Source: Octopus bimaculoides
Taxonomy: Eukaryota
Assembly: GCF_001194135.2 (NCBI RefSeq)
Contig: NC_068983.1
Location: 102,114,282-102,178,281 of the forward strand
Direction: 5' to 3'
Length of the DNA stretch: 64,000 bases
Shown here one piece after another: positions 25,532 to 38,843 of this stretch (position 1 is its first letter; every line of letters starts with the position of its first letter). The notes beneath the pieces were generated by a model. That model saw nothing but the letters and a program-made list of their open reading frames with translations, was not told the DNA's origin and did not search any database. A program made the translations under genes and the position numbers.

Positions 25532-28500
25532 ATATATATTTGTGTGTATATATTTGGTGTGTGTATATGTATATCTTTTATCTTCCATCTTGTTTCAGTT
25601 ATTAGACTATGCCCATGCTGGGGCACCACCTGAAGAATTTTTGTCAAACTAATCGATCCCAGTACTTATGTTCTTTATAAGCCTGGTATTTATTCTATCA
25701 GTATCTTTTGCTGAACCAGTAAGTTATGGGGACACTAACACACCAACACTGGTCGTCAGGCAGTGGTGCAGGACACAAATGCAGACACATGCACATAGAT
25801 ATATAAACATGTATATAATGGGTTTCTTTCAGTTTCCATCTATCATATCCACTCACAAGGCTTTGGGCAGACTAAGGCTATAGTTGAAGACACTTGCCTA
25901 AGTGCCACACTGTGGGACTGAACCTAGAACCATAAGGTTGGGAAGCAAGCTTCTTACCATATGGCATTTATAGCTATCTATATATATATATGTATTTATA
26001 TAAAATAATAAGGATTATTTTGAAGTATTATTTTGAAATATTAACTTGCTTGGAAACAGATGAGTGTTGGTGACAGGACGGGTATCCAGCTGTAGAAAAT
26101 TTATCTCAATGAATTCCATGGAAAAGTGAATATTAAAACAACAACAATGGTGATGATGATGACAACAATGACCTATGAATGGGTTGTGCAGTTCATTAAC
26201 TATTTGACCATTTCACTTCTGTTTATGTATAGTAGGATTGTTTGATTTGAGTAACAACCACTTTCAAAAAGATTAGATTTGTGCATTGCCAGTTGAAATG
26301 AATATTTTTTTTTTTGTAAATTTGTTATAGAATCAAAGTCAAGTGGCAACTTCACTGCAAGTGTTCTACAATCTTAATTCTCTCTCAGCAACTGTGAAGA
26401 AGGTTGTGAACAATTGTCGTGAAACTCTTCACCAAAATGTTAAGAACTGTCTTAATATGCAGCTTTTACAACAACAGCTTCCCTCGCAAGGTCAAGGTCA
26501 GTTGATATACAAATTTTTGTTTTTGCTGTTTGGTTAGGAAGCTTGCCTTTTGACCACGTGATTTTGGGTTCAGCCCTACTGCATGGGACCTTGGGCAATT
26601 GTCTTCTGCTATAGCCTTGGGCTGACTGAAGACTTGTGATTGAATTTGGTAAGCAGAAGTCCTTCTGCTTCCCATAACGATTCATTCAGTTAAATGCATT
26701 TATTGCAATCATAATGATTTGCTGTGTTTAACCAGAAGAGCTGACAGTTTTTGTTTCATCATCAGTTGCTCTGATGTGTTCTGGACACACCAGAGCAACT
26801 AAATATCCCCTGGTAACAAGCGTAAGCCTCAAACGAGAGAATTGTTTCATGGTGGAGTACTGAATAAGCTTATTTATAAATGATGCATAGTGTGTTGATT
26901 TTATGATGCTAAGATTCAATCTCCTCTCACAGAAAATACCCCCTCCCCCAAGTGGTATCAAGAAAGGAATCAAGTATTATGCAGGAATACATATCTGACT
27001 TATTTGTTCTATTTAATGAAATAGGAAAGTATCTGAATAATTAGGTTTTTTGTTGAAGTTATTTGAATCTGACTCTTCTTTATGTTAACTCTTCAAGTGT
27101 TCCTGCCTTACTTTGTCATATTGAGCCATCCTTTGAGCCAAACCTTTGTTTCTCTGGATTCTTCCATCATGCTGAGATCTTCTATTGGGTTTTTGGGGTG
27201 CAGTTGAAAGATTTTATTTACTTGTTGTAATTCAAGGGGACTAATGTTAGAGCAATCTCATTACCTGTTCCAGGCCTGTGGGAGGATTAAGTTTAATTCA
27301 GTAGACTAATGTGACAGCCAGCAATTGTACCCTTCTTTTATTATTCACATTAGTAAGTTCTACTTTCTGATTGTACCTATTTACTACAAAATTTACCAGG
27401 TTATTGAAAGTTAAGTACCTTTGCCAGAGGTACAGTTTAGTGTTGTAAGTGGGATACCAGTCATAATCTTCTTGGCCGACCAGTTAAAGTCATATTGACT
27501 CAACCAGCTGCTACCCTCCATTGTTATTACTTTGCTGTCTAAATGTCTTTTTAGGTGGTCCTGGCCGAGCATTGATGCCAGTGACTGGAAACACAGCTGC
27601 CTACCGAGCGAATCTTTGGACTAACATGGAGAAATTGATGGATAATATTTATGCTGCTTGTGCTCAGGTTAGTTATAGTCTTTACAATATATCGCTGTTG
27701 TTATATATAAAAAGGTAGATTGATGCTGTATCTTAGTTTGTAATACACACATGCATATCCAATAAATGGATCATCTTGAGGTGGTTTAAAGCTATTAAGA
27801 AAGCCTGTCAAAATAACTGATGCAGCTGGAATTTGAACTGAATGCTTTACTATAACATTGATTGGCACTGAGTTCTGATTATTCTGGGGGTCAATTTTTG
27901 CTTTTAATCCCTTTGGAGTAAATAAAATATATACCAGTAATATATTGGAGTCAGTGTTGTTGATTATACAACTGACCCAGAAAAATTATCTGTGTTTAGT
28001 GCAAAGAATCACTAAGTGAGACATCAGTCTTGTGAGTGGCTTCTTTATATAATTAAATTGCTATTTCTCAAGTCTTTAACTGTTAACCATTCATTACAGA
28101 GTTTGCTGTAGTTCACATTAATTGTAGACCAGACTGAAGTTTGGTATTTCAGATATTATACTGAAGCTCAAACCTGCTGCAGTTGAAACTAAACATTAAT
28201 ATTATTATCTTCATTAGTTATCATGACTTCTCAACTCTCCATTTCAAAATGTGAAGACCTGAGAGACTGTTCTGTAGGCCAATTAACCCTTTAGCACTCA
28301 GATTTCTTTGTCAAATGCATTGTTTATTTATTCACATTGTTTTGAATTAATCATGCATTATCTTGTAGCTTCAAGATTTCAATGGTGTGTTTATATATTT
28401 TTAGAATCACATTGTAGCGTAGGTGTGAGAGGTTGGATCTGATCATTTTTAATATAAAACATGTAGAATATTTGGGCCTCATATGACCAGATTAAATGCT

Positions 28501-28801
28501 AAAGAGTTAAAGGCAAATACAAGAAATAAGACGTGTGATTGATTTAACCTGTTGGTAGACATTGTAAACTTCTTGAGAACATCATTTCACTATTTGCCTC
28601 TGTTATTCATCAGTTCATCAATAAGATATAATTTCCTGAAATTTCTTTTGAATAACTGGAAGGAATTGAAGTATGGCTATGTGGTAAGAAGTTTGCTTCC
28701 CAATCACATGGTTTTGAGTTCAGTCTCATTGCATAGCACCTTGTGAGTAGATTTGGTGAAGAAAACTGAAAGCAGCCCACCATAAGTGTGTTTGTGTGTG
28801 C

Positions 28802-28834
<33 letters not shown>

Positions 28835-31800
28835 GGCGTGCATGCATGCATGTGTTTGTGTGTTACTGATTCCTTGTGTGATAGTTGTAAACAAATGCCA
28901 CTGTTATGCAAGTGGTGTTCTTTGTTTCTAATCTTTTATGAAAACATGTTTTGTCATGAGGGAAATATTAACTTACTTGGAGACAGGTGAGGATTGACAA
29001 CAGAAAGGGCATCCAGCTGTAGAAAATCCCCCTCAACAAATTCTGTCTGACCCATGCAAGCATGGAAAAGTGAATGTTAAACAATGGTGATGATGGTTGT
29101 TCCAATCATCTTCATTACTATCACTGTTATTGTTATTGTTATCATTGTCTCCATTGTTGTTGTTACTACCATCACCATAGCCATTGTTATTACCATAATC
29201 CTTATAATAACTGTCATAATATGCATCATCATTATCATCATCATCTTCATCATTATCATCATCATTATCATCATCTCATTGTGAGTTTCATTGTCATTAT
29301 CATCTTCACTCTTCTGTTTATCTTTTAAATATTTTTTTGTTATCATTTTGTAATTATTAGATACAGCATTTACAGAAGGTGTTGACAAAGAAACGTGACC
29401 CTGTCACTCACATTTGTTTCATTGAGGAACTCTCAAAGGTGTGTATAGTTTTCTTCATTTTATAGTTTCATATTCTTTATCAAGTTCATTGAGGTTGCAC
29501 CATTGTTCCTTTTGATCTGAGTTCTTTTCTATAATGTCACCACTGTCTTTTAGAAAGATACAGATATTAAAAACTCCTACTTTCTCTCTTACTCCCTTTG
29601 AAGTTTATTTTCTAACTCCATACCACCAAGTATCTAAGTCTCTTTATTTCACTTGTGTACTGATTAAAGCAATAAAGTAAATGTTTATTCCTTAATCTTT
29701 AAGACGTTGGATGCTATCCTCTCATGACCTATCACTGTCACATCTGTCCTCACAACTTGCTTCTGTAGCCTCTTTTGTCTTCTCATTACCTACCAGTTAT
29801 CGTCCCTAGAATTGATACACTTGTGATGGTCTTCATCATTATAAATTGGATTGAATAGCAAACTTTACTTTGGTGGAGGTGGTGACAGTGTATTTCTTGT
29901 GACATCTTCAACAAATGATTTTCAGATTAACTGTTCAGTACTTCACTCCTTCATACAATATTTTAGTGAATAAAAAGAAGAAATTATATAATTACCGAAA
30001 CCTGCTGGATGTTGTTCATATTTGAACCTTTATATTTATATGTGTATTCTGTGTTTGGTTGTATAAGATTACATGCTACATATGAGGCGTTTAGTAACAG
30101 ACTGTCGTAAGCACCACAACTTAAAAACTGAGAAAAACGCAGTCAAAGTTTCGCGACTTTCAGAATGTGGATATCTCAGCAAGGAATGAAGTTAGGAAGC
30201 TGATTTTGGTTTTAAATTGACTGTGAAGACATCCTCTAATCATTTCACCCATGGAAAATTATTTATTTATGTATGCATCTGAAAGATGAAACAAGGACTG
30301 TGTCTTGCTCATTTTGTAGAATATACCGGTACTACGAAATGGTGTATCACATTGCATATTTTAACCATAATACCTAGAAAAATCATACAGAGACCCCACC
30401 CCCGAAGGTAAGTATCTTTAAGAGGTAAGACAAGATAGTTAGATAATAGCCCATTATCGTTACGGATGGTAAGAAGGAATATTAGAAAACAATACAGGGA
30501 CCACACCAAAGTTATTGATTGAGCATGTGTGCTTATGATGGTGTGTTACTAAACTCTCTGGTCCGAGTTTGGGTGAGTGAGCATTGTGTCAAAACCGTCG
30601 AGGTACAATTTGTTTCAGCCGGATTTTTGACTTTACTGCAAGCCTCACCGGTTATTCCTCTCAACTCTTTTGGGTCCTAGATGTCGAGACAAAGAAAATG
30701 ATATATTAAACCTCGAAAGTGGCTGGGGTGGCACTTACAACACTCTGTTACTAAACGCCTCATATGTATTATATATTCACATGTGAAATGTTTTCATCTT
30801 TTATTGACTGAGGTAGAAATGCATTACACATTGTTTGGTGATCATGATAGTGTTGTCACATACAATATACCGAGTATTAAAAAGCTTATTTGAAATAGTG
30901 ATGTGGTAAAATAGAGACAACACTGTTAATCTATGACTAATACGATTTTAGTTATTCCAGGAAGTATGGGACACAACACTAGACATGCTTTGTTTATCCT
31001 TCTCGATGAAACACATTTTCACTGTACTTGCTAATACAGCCATTATTGAATAGACTATATTTCACTTGAATAAACATGAAAGTTAGTATATTTTAAAGAA
31101 TAGTTTGATGGGACTTTGATGTAAAGAAATTGAAGAAGTAGTATATTAGATTTTGTTTGGTTGAATTAATGTTTAGAGACTAATAATGAGAAGAAGAAAT
31201 GTAGCTACAACAACTCATATGGAATCAAATGAGTACTATTGTTCTAACTTTAATAAGAATATTGAATTATTATTATTGATGCTTGTTTAAATATAATTAT
31301 AAGTCTACTGATTTTTGTTGAGTTATCTCAAGCAGACACTGAAATAATCAATTTAACACTTTAGATCAACTTATAGATCTCCCATATCCTAGCTGTGCAG
31401 ACATAGCACATCTAGCAGTGTTTTATTTCTTCATTTTTGCCATTAGGTATATTACTTGATTCTAGGGATTTTAACTCCTCTTCTAAAATTCTTTATTAAG
31501 TGAATAAATAAAAGAAATAAGGAAAATTATAGCATGGTGTGTGTATGTACATGTGTCTTTTGTGGTGTGATTGTATATGTGCTTATATTTTACTGGGTTG
31601 TGATTACTATGTTTTTAATTACAGACATTTTCTGAACTTGCCCAAGTTTTAGCTTGTTTCTTTAACCCATATCATATGATTCTACTCCATTTGATTGCTC
31701 TTTTTATCTTCTATCAGACTTCAGATGAACCCATCAACATAATGCAAGATTTCTGGGAAAGTGTCACAAGTATTTTGACTGATGAATTTAAGGCAGCTGC

Positions 31801-34800
31801 CCGAGGTATAGTAATATGCATTCTACCCATCCTTTTAGTGTTCCTTACAAGGACGAAATAACAAATTGTATCTTACAAAAGAGTGATGTCAAGTTTTTTT
31901 TTTCTGTTAGGATAGCTAATTAATATTCTATTAACATCTACTTAGTTTTTAACTAGCTTTAATATGTATATGTATCTAATGATTTTATATAATCCTTATG
32001 CCTACCTTAATATATATTTGTGTGTATTTATGTAAATGTATGTATATTTATTTTATTATATTTATTTCTTCTTACCATTCAAGATACATCTTTTCTGAAG
32101 CAAGCATTTGAAGGTGAATACCCCAAATTGCTACGTTTATACAATGATTTATGGAAAAGACTTCATCAGTTTAATGTTACGTCCAACACAGCTACAAGTG
32201 TAATCCATACAGATTTTTCTGCTATGGAATTCACTGATGATGATTTCTTTAGTCAAAAGGCAGCCACTAAGACTGGTTATGAGTAAGTCATGATGATTAT
32301 ATATTTACAGCTCTAAAATACCATCAATTTTCTATAATTAATTAGAAGAGTTAGAGCAGTGAGTTGGTAGAAACAACAGTCTGTTGACTTAAATGCTTCA
32401 TGGTATTTTGTAATATCCCTTTTTGTTCTGGGTTCCAATTACATCAAAGTTGGTTTTGTCTCCCATCCCTCTTGGCCCTATAAAAAATTACTAGCGATAA
32501 AACTGAGTCAGTTCAGTGAACCATAATCTTCTCTGAAAATTGACTCTGTGCTTGGTCCAATTAGCTTGTTGGTTACGGAGTTGAAGAGTTTATGTGTTTG
32601 TATCCCTGTTGCTTGGGCCAAAGAAGGCTTTATGTGGTTATTTAACATGCTTGAAATAGTAACCAAACATCTCTCAAATTGCATCATTTGAAAAAGTGGA
32701 GATGCGACTTTAGTTAATATAGTATTAGATATCTCTAAAAGTATGTGAGATGGCCACAGTTGGCATGCTTTTGGTCATAGGTTTACAGGATTAGGGCTGT
32801 CGTGAAACTAAATGATAAGAACAGCTACTATTGTTTGGCTGAGTTCTTGCTAAAGCACTGGTATTTTTTCCCATATTTATCGGCCAGCAAGGTAGATAAG
32901 AAACAAGAGGAAGGTGATGTGGTGAACTCATTAGAAATTGATGCAGAGATTTACAAGGGATGGTCATAATTTTCTGCATGAGGATAAAGAAAGATTAAGT
33001 GACAAGGTGTAGTTATACACTTGTATTTCTGATAACAAGATATAAATTTAAAGTCTGTTATGGTATTGTTTTGTTACATTATTTTATCTATCTTGGTTCT
33101 CTATGTGCTTGCTTGAACTGATAGAAATACAGCCAAACTTCTTACAAACTCTACCCTACTTTCTTAAAAAAAAAGAAGGATACATTAAATAATGTGATCT
33201 TAGATACACAGAACAATAGTTGTGGTTGGAATGTCCTTGATCATTGGTCTGCTCTGTCAGGGCTGTCTATGGGCTAAATAACAATTTTATCTCTGTCTAA
33301 ATATAAATGCCATTCTCACTGATTGTTCTCATCATCATCACCGTTTAACGTCTGCTTTCCATGCTAGCATGGGTTGGACGATTTGACTGAGGACTGGTGA
33401 ACCAGATGGCTACACCAGGCTCCAATCTGATTTGGCAGAGTTTCTACAGCTGGATGCCCTTCCTAATGCCAACCACTCCGAGAGTGTAGTGGGTGTTTTT
33501 ACGAGCCTCTGCCCATCTCTCTCTAGGTCTGGCCACATCTGATTTCTTGAGGGAGGGGGAGATAAAGAAGTAGAAGTGTATCAACAGGCATTTTATGTGG
33601 GTTTTTTTTTGACCCTGAAGAGATGGAAGACAAAATTGAACTTGGTTGATTTGAACTCAGAAAGGAGAGGGCTAAAATGAACCCTGTAAAGCATTTAAGG
33701 CTCTAACAACTCTGCCAGTTTGCATGTGTGTGTATATGAGTAATTTACACAGAAATGCACATATATATATATATTAAAGAGAGAAATAGAGAAAGAAAGA
33801 GTGGTAAGTGTTGGATGTTGACAGAAAATGCTGTGTGTGTGTGTTTGTCTATGACAGACTAACCTTATTATATATAATAGATTGTTGTTGTTTCTGTGTA
33901 ATCCTCGTCCTTTTCCATATCAACTATCAATACAATGTGGATCATATATGTAACTTTTATAACATTTCTAATTGATATTTATTGTTTGGATTTTGTCAAC
34001 TTGTTTGTTTGTTTACTTGGTTCTTTTGTGTATTTTTGCATTTGGTAGCTCTGAGATGGCACTGAGAAATACATTAGCTTCATTTGAAACTGCTTACTTG
34101 TCACGTTCACTTTCCCGCCTTTTTGATCCAATTAATTTGGTGTTTACGAGTGGGTCATTAAATCCACCAACCAAGGAAGAAGTTGACAGTATTGTTAAAA
34201 CTATAGCCAGGTAAGGGTTGTAAATATCTTTAGTCATCCTTTTTTTTTTAATATATTTTAACTATTTAATTATGGCCGGTATGCCTTTTACATTTACTTA
34301 TTACAGAGCAATTATTGTTTAAAGCTGAATACCTTCCTATTACCACCACTAGTATGGTTTTCATTCATCTCTCACTTCTTGGATTGGAAGTTCTTGTGAG
34401 ACTGACTCACTGCAGTATTTACAGATGAGATTCAATCTGAACCTCATTCTATCAACTCTGGTGTATCTCAAGGTTCAGTCATATCTCCCATACTCTTCTT
34501 TCTGTACATTAATGTTCACCTTGCTTCAACTTCTATGCAGATGATACTGCTCTTCACTTCCTCTTAACATTCAGCACATCACCATTATTCAAACTAGACA
34601 CTTCTTATGCATTGCTTACATGAAAAGAGAGCTTGGAAAATATTGTACTTTGCTGTCAGCACCAACTCAGATTTTCTAATAATAATAGTCATTGCTGTGT
34701 GGTTGAGAAGTTTGCTTCCCAACCACATTGTTTCAGGTTCAGTTTTACTGTGTGGTACTTTAGGTAAATGTCTTCTACCATAACCCTGCATTGACCAAAG

Positions 34801-36622
34801 CGTTCTGATTGGATTTGGTAGATAGGAATTGAAAGAAGTGTTACCTTGGAGAAATATCCCCTTACTTGGAAACAAGTAAGAGTTGGTCACAGGAAGCCTC
34901 TCCCACCAATTAGAGTGTGATTTTAGTTCTGCTCAATCAGAGATGATCTGGTTTAATCTACAACAATAACCTCAACAATTACTACCATAATATTGTCAAC
35001 CAGTAATAGTTATACACACAGAATTTATGACATATCTAATTATGATTATTTTCTCTCTTATTTTGTTGTTTGCAGTGAACTGAATGTGGCTAGTGTTGAC
35101 ACCAAGCTCAGTGTTACTGTGGCCAGAAATGTCACCAAAACTGTCAAGCTTTTCTGTGTTAAAAGTGAACAATTGGTAAGTTTTTTTTTATTGGAGAGTC
35201 CTTGCTGCTGGTGTGTGGCTGTCACTGACTGACTGATTGTCTTTATCTGTTCTTGAGGGCTGCTGCTATTCATACAAGCAACCTTGACTGCATCCAGTAG
35301 AAAGCTATTTGGCTGACTTAATCTGTTGCTTTGTTTAACATCACCTTCTGACCATTGGTTTCTTTCAGCAGAATCCACTCTGCTATAAGCATTCAGGTTG
35401 GGTCACCTGTCTCACTATAACTTCTTTCCTTCACTTCCAGTTTCAGTAATCTTGAAAGGGTATCATGCGAACAGCATTTTCTTCTCTGATTAAGCTAAAT
35501 AAAATAAAATAAAAATAAATGTAAATCTTCTATTTATTTTACATTTGTTACCTCCATAGTATTTACATATGATCAAAAACTCTGGTATTGATCGGAACAG
35601 ATGTGGGTAGGCATGATTTAGTTTCTATATTTTTTATTTCTTTCTTTTGAATTTAATAGTGGTATATAGCAAACCTATACAAAAGTTTTTCTCAGTGAAG
35701 AAAATGAAGAAATTGATTTTGCAACTATCCAGCTATAGATAAGTGCTCTGATTCTATCTATGGTTTTGTAGCAGTGTAGTAAAGTGCTAATGATATGTTT
35801 AGATGATCTACATGCATTCCCTGGATATGTTGACAAATCCAGATATTTTTACAAATATTTAACATAAACATTTTATGTCGCTAAGTGAAAGAGATATCAA
35901 ATTGACAAGTGTTACTTGTGTTGATTGTCACAATGTATGACAATAGAGTAAAATTTGGAATCCAAGGAAAGTGGTAATGACCTGTGGAAGCAATAGTTTC
36001 ATTTTATAATTCCCATGATTGTTAGATTTGGATGAATAGAATGATTAACCCCTGAGCATTAAGATTATTCTGTCATGTAAAGTTTAGTTATTCAATTATT
36101 TTGTATCAATCATGCATCATCTCATTGCTGTGAGATTTTGATGGTGTGGTTGTATATTTTTAGATTGATATTGTAGGGTAGGTGTGAGAGACCAGATCTG
36201 GCTGGTTTGAACATAAAACAGGTGGAATATTTTGGCCAGATATGGCTGGTTTAAATGCTAAAAGGTTAATCCATGAAGGTGCCTACATTTTTCTCTTTAC
36301 ACATATTTCTAGTCATTGCTCAGATTAAGCTTTACATGCCACCTTGTTTAACACCACCACCTGATCCTTTTGCACAGTTCATTCTATAGCAGGTATTTGG
36401 TTTTTTCAGTAGATGAAGACCTACACATGTTCAGACAGGCAATTTACCAATTGGATAGGGTTTGCAAAAGTAATGAACATTGTTCCTTCTGACATATAAA
36501 CAGAAATCAAGATAATTATTGTATGTTTTTATTATATGTGTATGAATTTATTGATCCTCTTTGACCTTTACTACTTATATGGATACTTTTGTTTTCACTG
36601 ATCTATTTTTACAATCCTCTGC

Positions 36623-36660
<38 letters not shown>

Positions 36661-38789
36661 AACAATCTAAAAATAATGGTCATTACACATTTCCCTTTAT
36701 TGGAGCAAATTTGGCTTACACCTGTTTCCAGTAGTCATTATAGGTACATTACTGATGGTCTGTTGATCAATTGAGGAAAATTAAATTACCTAAGAAGATT
36801 AATGCTACTTTTGTCAGAGCTATTTCTGGTTATAACAGACAAACAGAACACTGGAGGAATGTCTATTGTATGAAGAAGGTGGGAGGAGAAGATGGAAATA
36901 TTCAAGTAGAATAAAGAACAAAGAGGTGGAAGTAGGTAAGGGGATGGTATAGAAGTTACTAGAAGTAGGGACATTGTATTACCAAACTTGGAAGAGGGAT
37001 AGTCCAAAACATTAGTGTTTGTAGTCAGGTCAGCACCCATTACCATATAAGCATTGTATATAGGTTAGATGTTCTCCAGCCATTGTGTTGAAATTTGATA
37101 TGGGTTTTTTATGGACATGGTCAGTCTAAGACAGTAATGTTCATTTTTTGCTATCTAGCATGGTGAGGGAATAATGTTAGAAAATAAAAGGATAATAGTT
37201 GTAGTCATATTGTAGAGGTCAGGAATGCTTTTATTATCCAGGATATAAATATTGGTTGATTGAGAGATGTTACAAATGGGATAATGTCAAGTTAAAGTTG
37301 TTGAAAAATTAAATGTAAATTCATGTTAACCTGATTAGTTAGGTTTTTAAATTCCCTGTATTGTTTTATTATTACCCCATGGTTATTGGTATTTCTGATA
37401 TTAATTTGTAATATTATCTAATTGTTATTTTATTAATATTATTGATATTAGTGTTGTTGATGTCACTTTCATCATAATTGTTTTGGTATCACACATTACT
37501 CGGCAAATTTATTCTCATCTTTTATATCTTAGTTTACCTTAATGCTAAATTTAGAAATTTTAACTTTAGTTCAAATTCTAATCCATAACCTTTTTTATTA
37601 GTTTAAAATTTTAAAACCCAACTAATCAGGTTAACATGAATTTACATTTAATTTTCAACAACATCTCTCAATCAATCAGTATTTATATCCTGGATAATAA
37701 GAGCATTCCTGACTTCTACAATATAACTACAACAAGTCTCCTTTTATTTTCTAACATTATTCCCCCACTATATTAGATAGCAAAAACTGAATATTGCTAT
37801 CTTAGACTGACCATGTCCATAAAAAAACCCATATCAAATTTCAGCACAATGACTGGAGAATATCTAACCTATATGCAATGCTAATATGGTAATGGGTGCT
37901 GACCTTACAACAAACACTAATGTTTTGGACTGTCCCTCTTCCAAATTTGGCAATACAATGCCTCAACATCTAATAAGTGACTTCTATACCATCCTCTTAC
38001 CTACTTCCACCCCTTTGTAACCTGTCTTCCTTTGTTCTCTACTCTACTTTCGTCTTTCCATCTTCTTCTCTCCACTTTCCCCATACAATAACCATTCCTC
38101 CAGTGCTCTGCTTCTTATAACCAGATATGGCTCTGATGAAAGTAGCATCAATTTTCTTAAGTTGTTCAATTTTCCCCAACTGATCAATAGACCAACTGAG
38201 TAAACCTATTATGACTACTGGAAACAGGTGTAATTTGCTCCAATGAAAGAAAAATGTGTAATGACCACTATTTTTAACTTGTTTCTTATATATCTCTCTG
38301 TGTTAAAACCAGTTTGTCTGAGCCCATCCACGGATTTACAATATAGAATTGGGATGAACAATAACCATGGACCCTACCAAAAGATTACCTGGTGTTCTTC
38401 ACTAATCTAAGTAATATTGTTGACCTGGTTTGCCAACAGAGAGCTTATGAAGTATTTTGCCTAGATTGATAATCCTTCACTATTGGATATATATATATAA
38501 TTGTTAAACAGGATGGTAAACATTAAGGCAAAGCAAACATTTCCAGTTGTATACAATATTATTATTTTGAATTTCTTCCTATAATAATATTTTATACGAC
38601 TTGAGATGTTTGCCTTGCTTTGATGTTTACTGTCCTGTTTATATATCCGCTGCATTGGAAATCTGCAATGACTCCATAACTACCGTCCTGGCTATAACCT
38701 TGGAGCCCCAGTAATCTGTTACAACACTACCTAGCATACCTAATTGTTTAGATCACCTGTGAATTAAACTCCTATACTTTGTGTGTATG

Positions 38790-38843
<54 letters not shown>

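Noticed and set aside
29074-29388. His-, Ile- and Met-rich ORFs resembling metal-binding or membrane peptides
   Set aside because: Translations of a trinucleotide low-complexity tract in an intron; open in several frames simply for lack of stops.
35190-35350. Possible editing-complementary sequence for COG5 exon 14
   Set aside because: Only scattered 4-8-nt complementarities by eye; not enough for a stable duplex.
38340-38740. Possible Penelope RT/GIY-YIG remnant next to the foldback
   Set aside because: Resemblance is limited to a few residues (RIINLGKIL); not supportable without a profile search.
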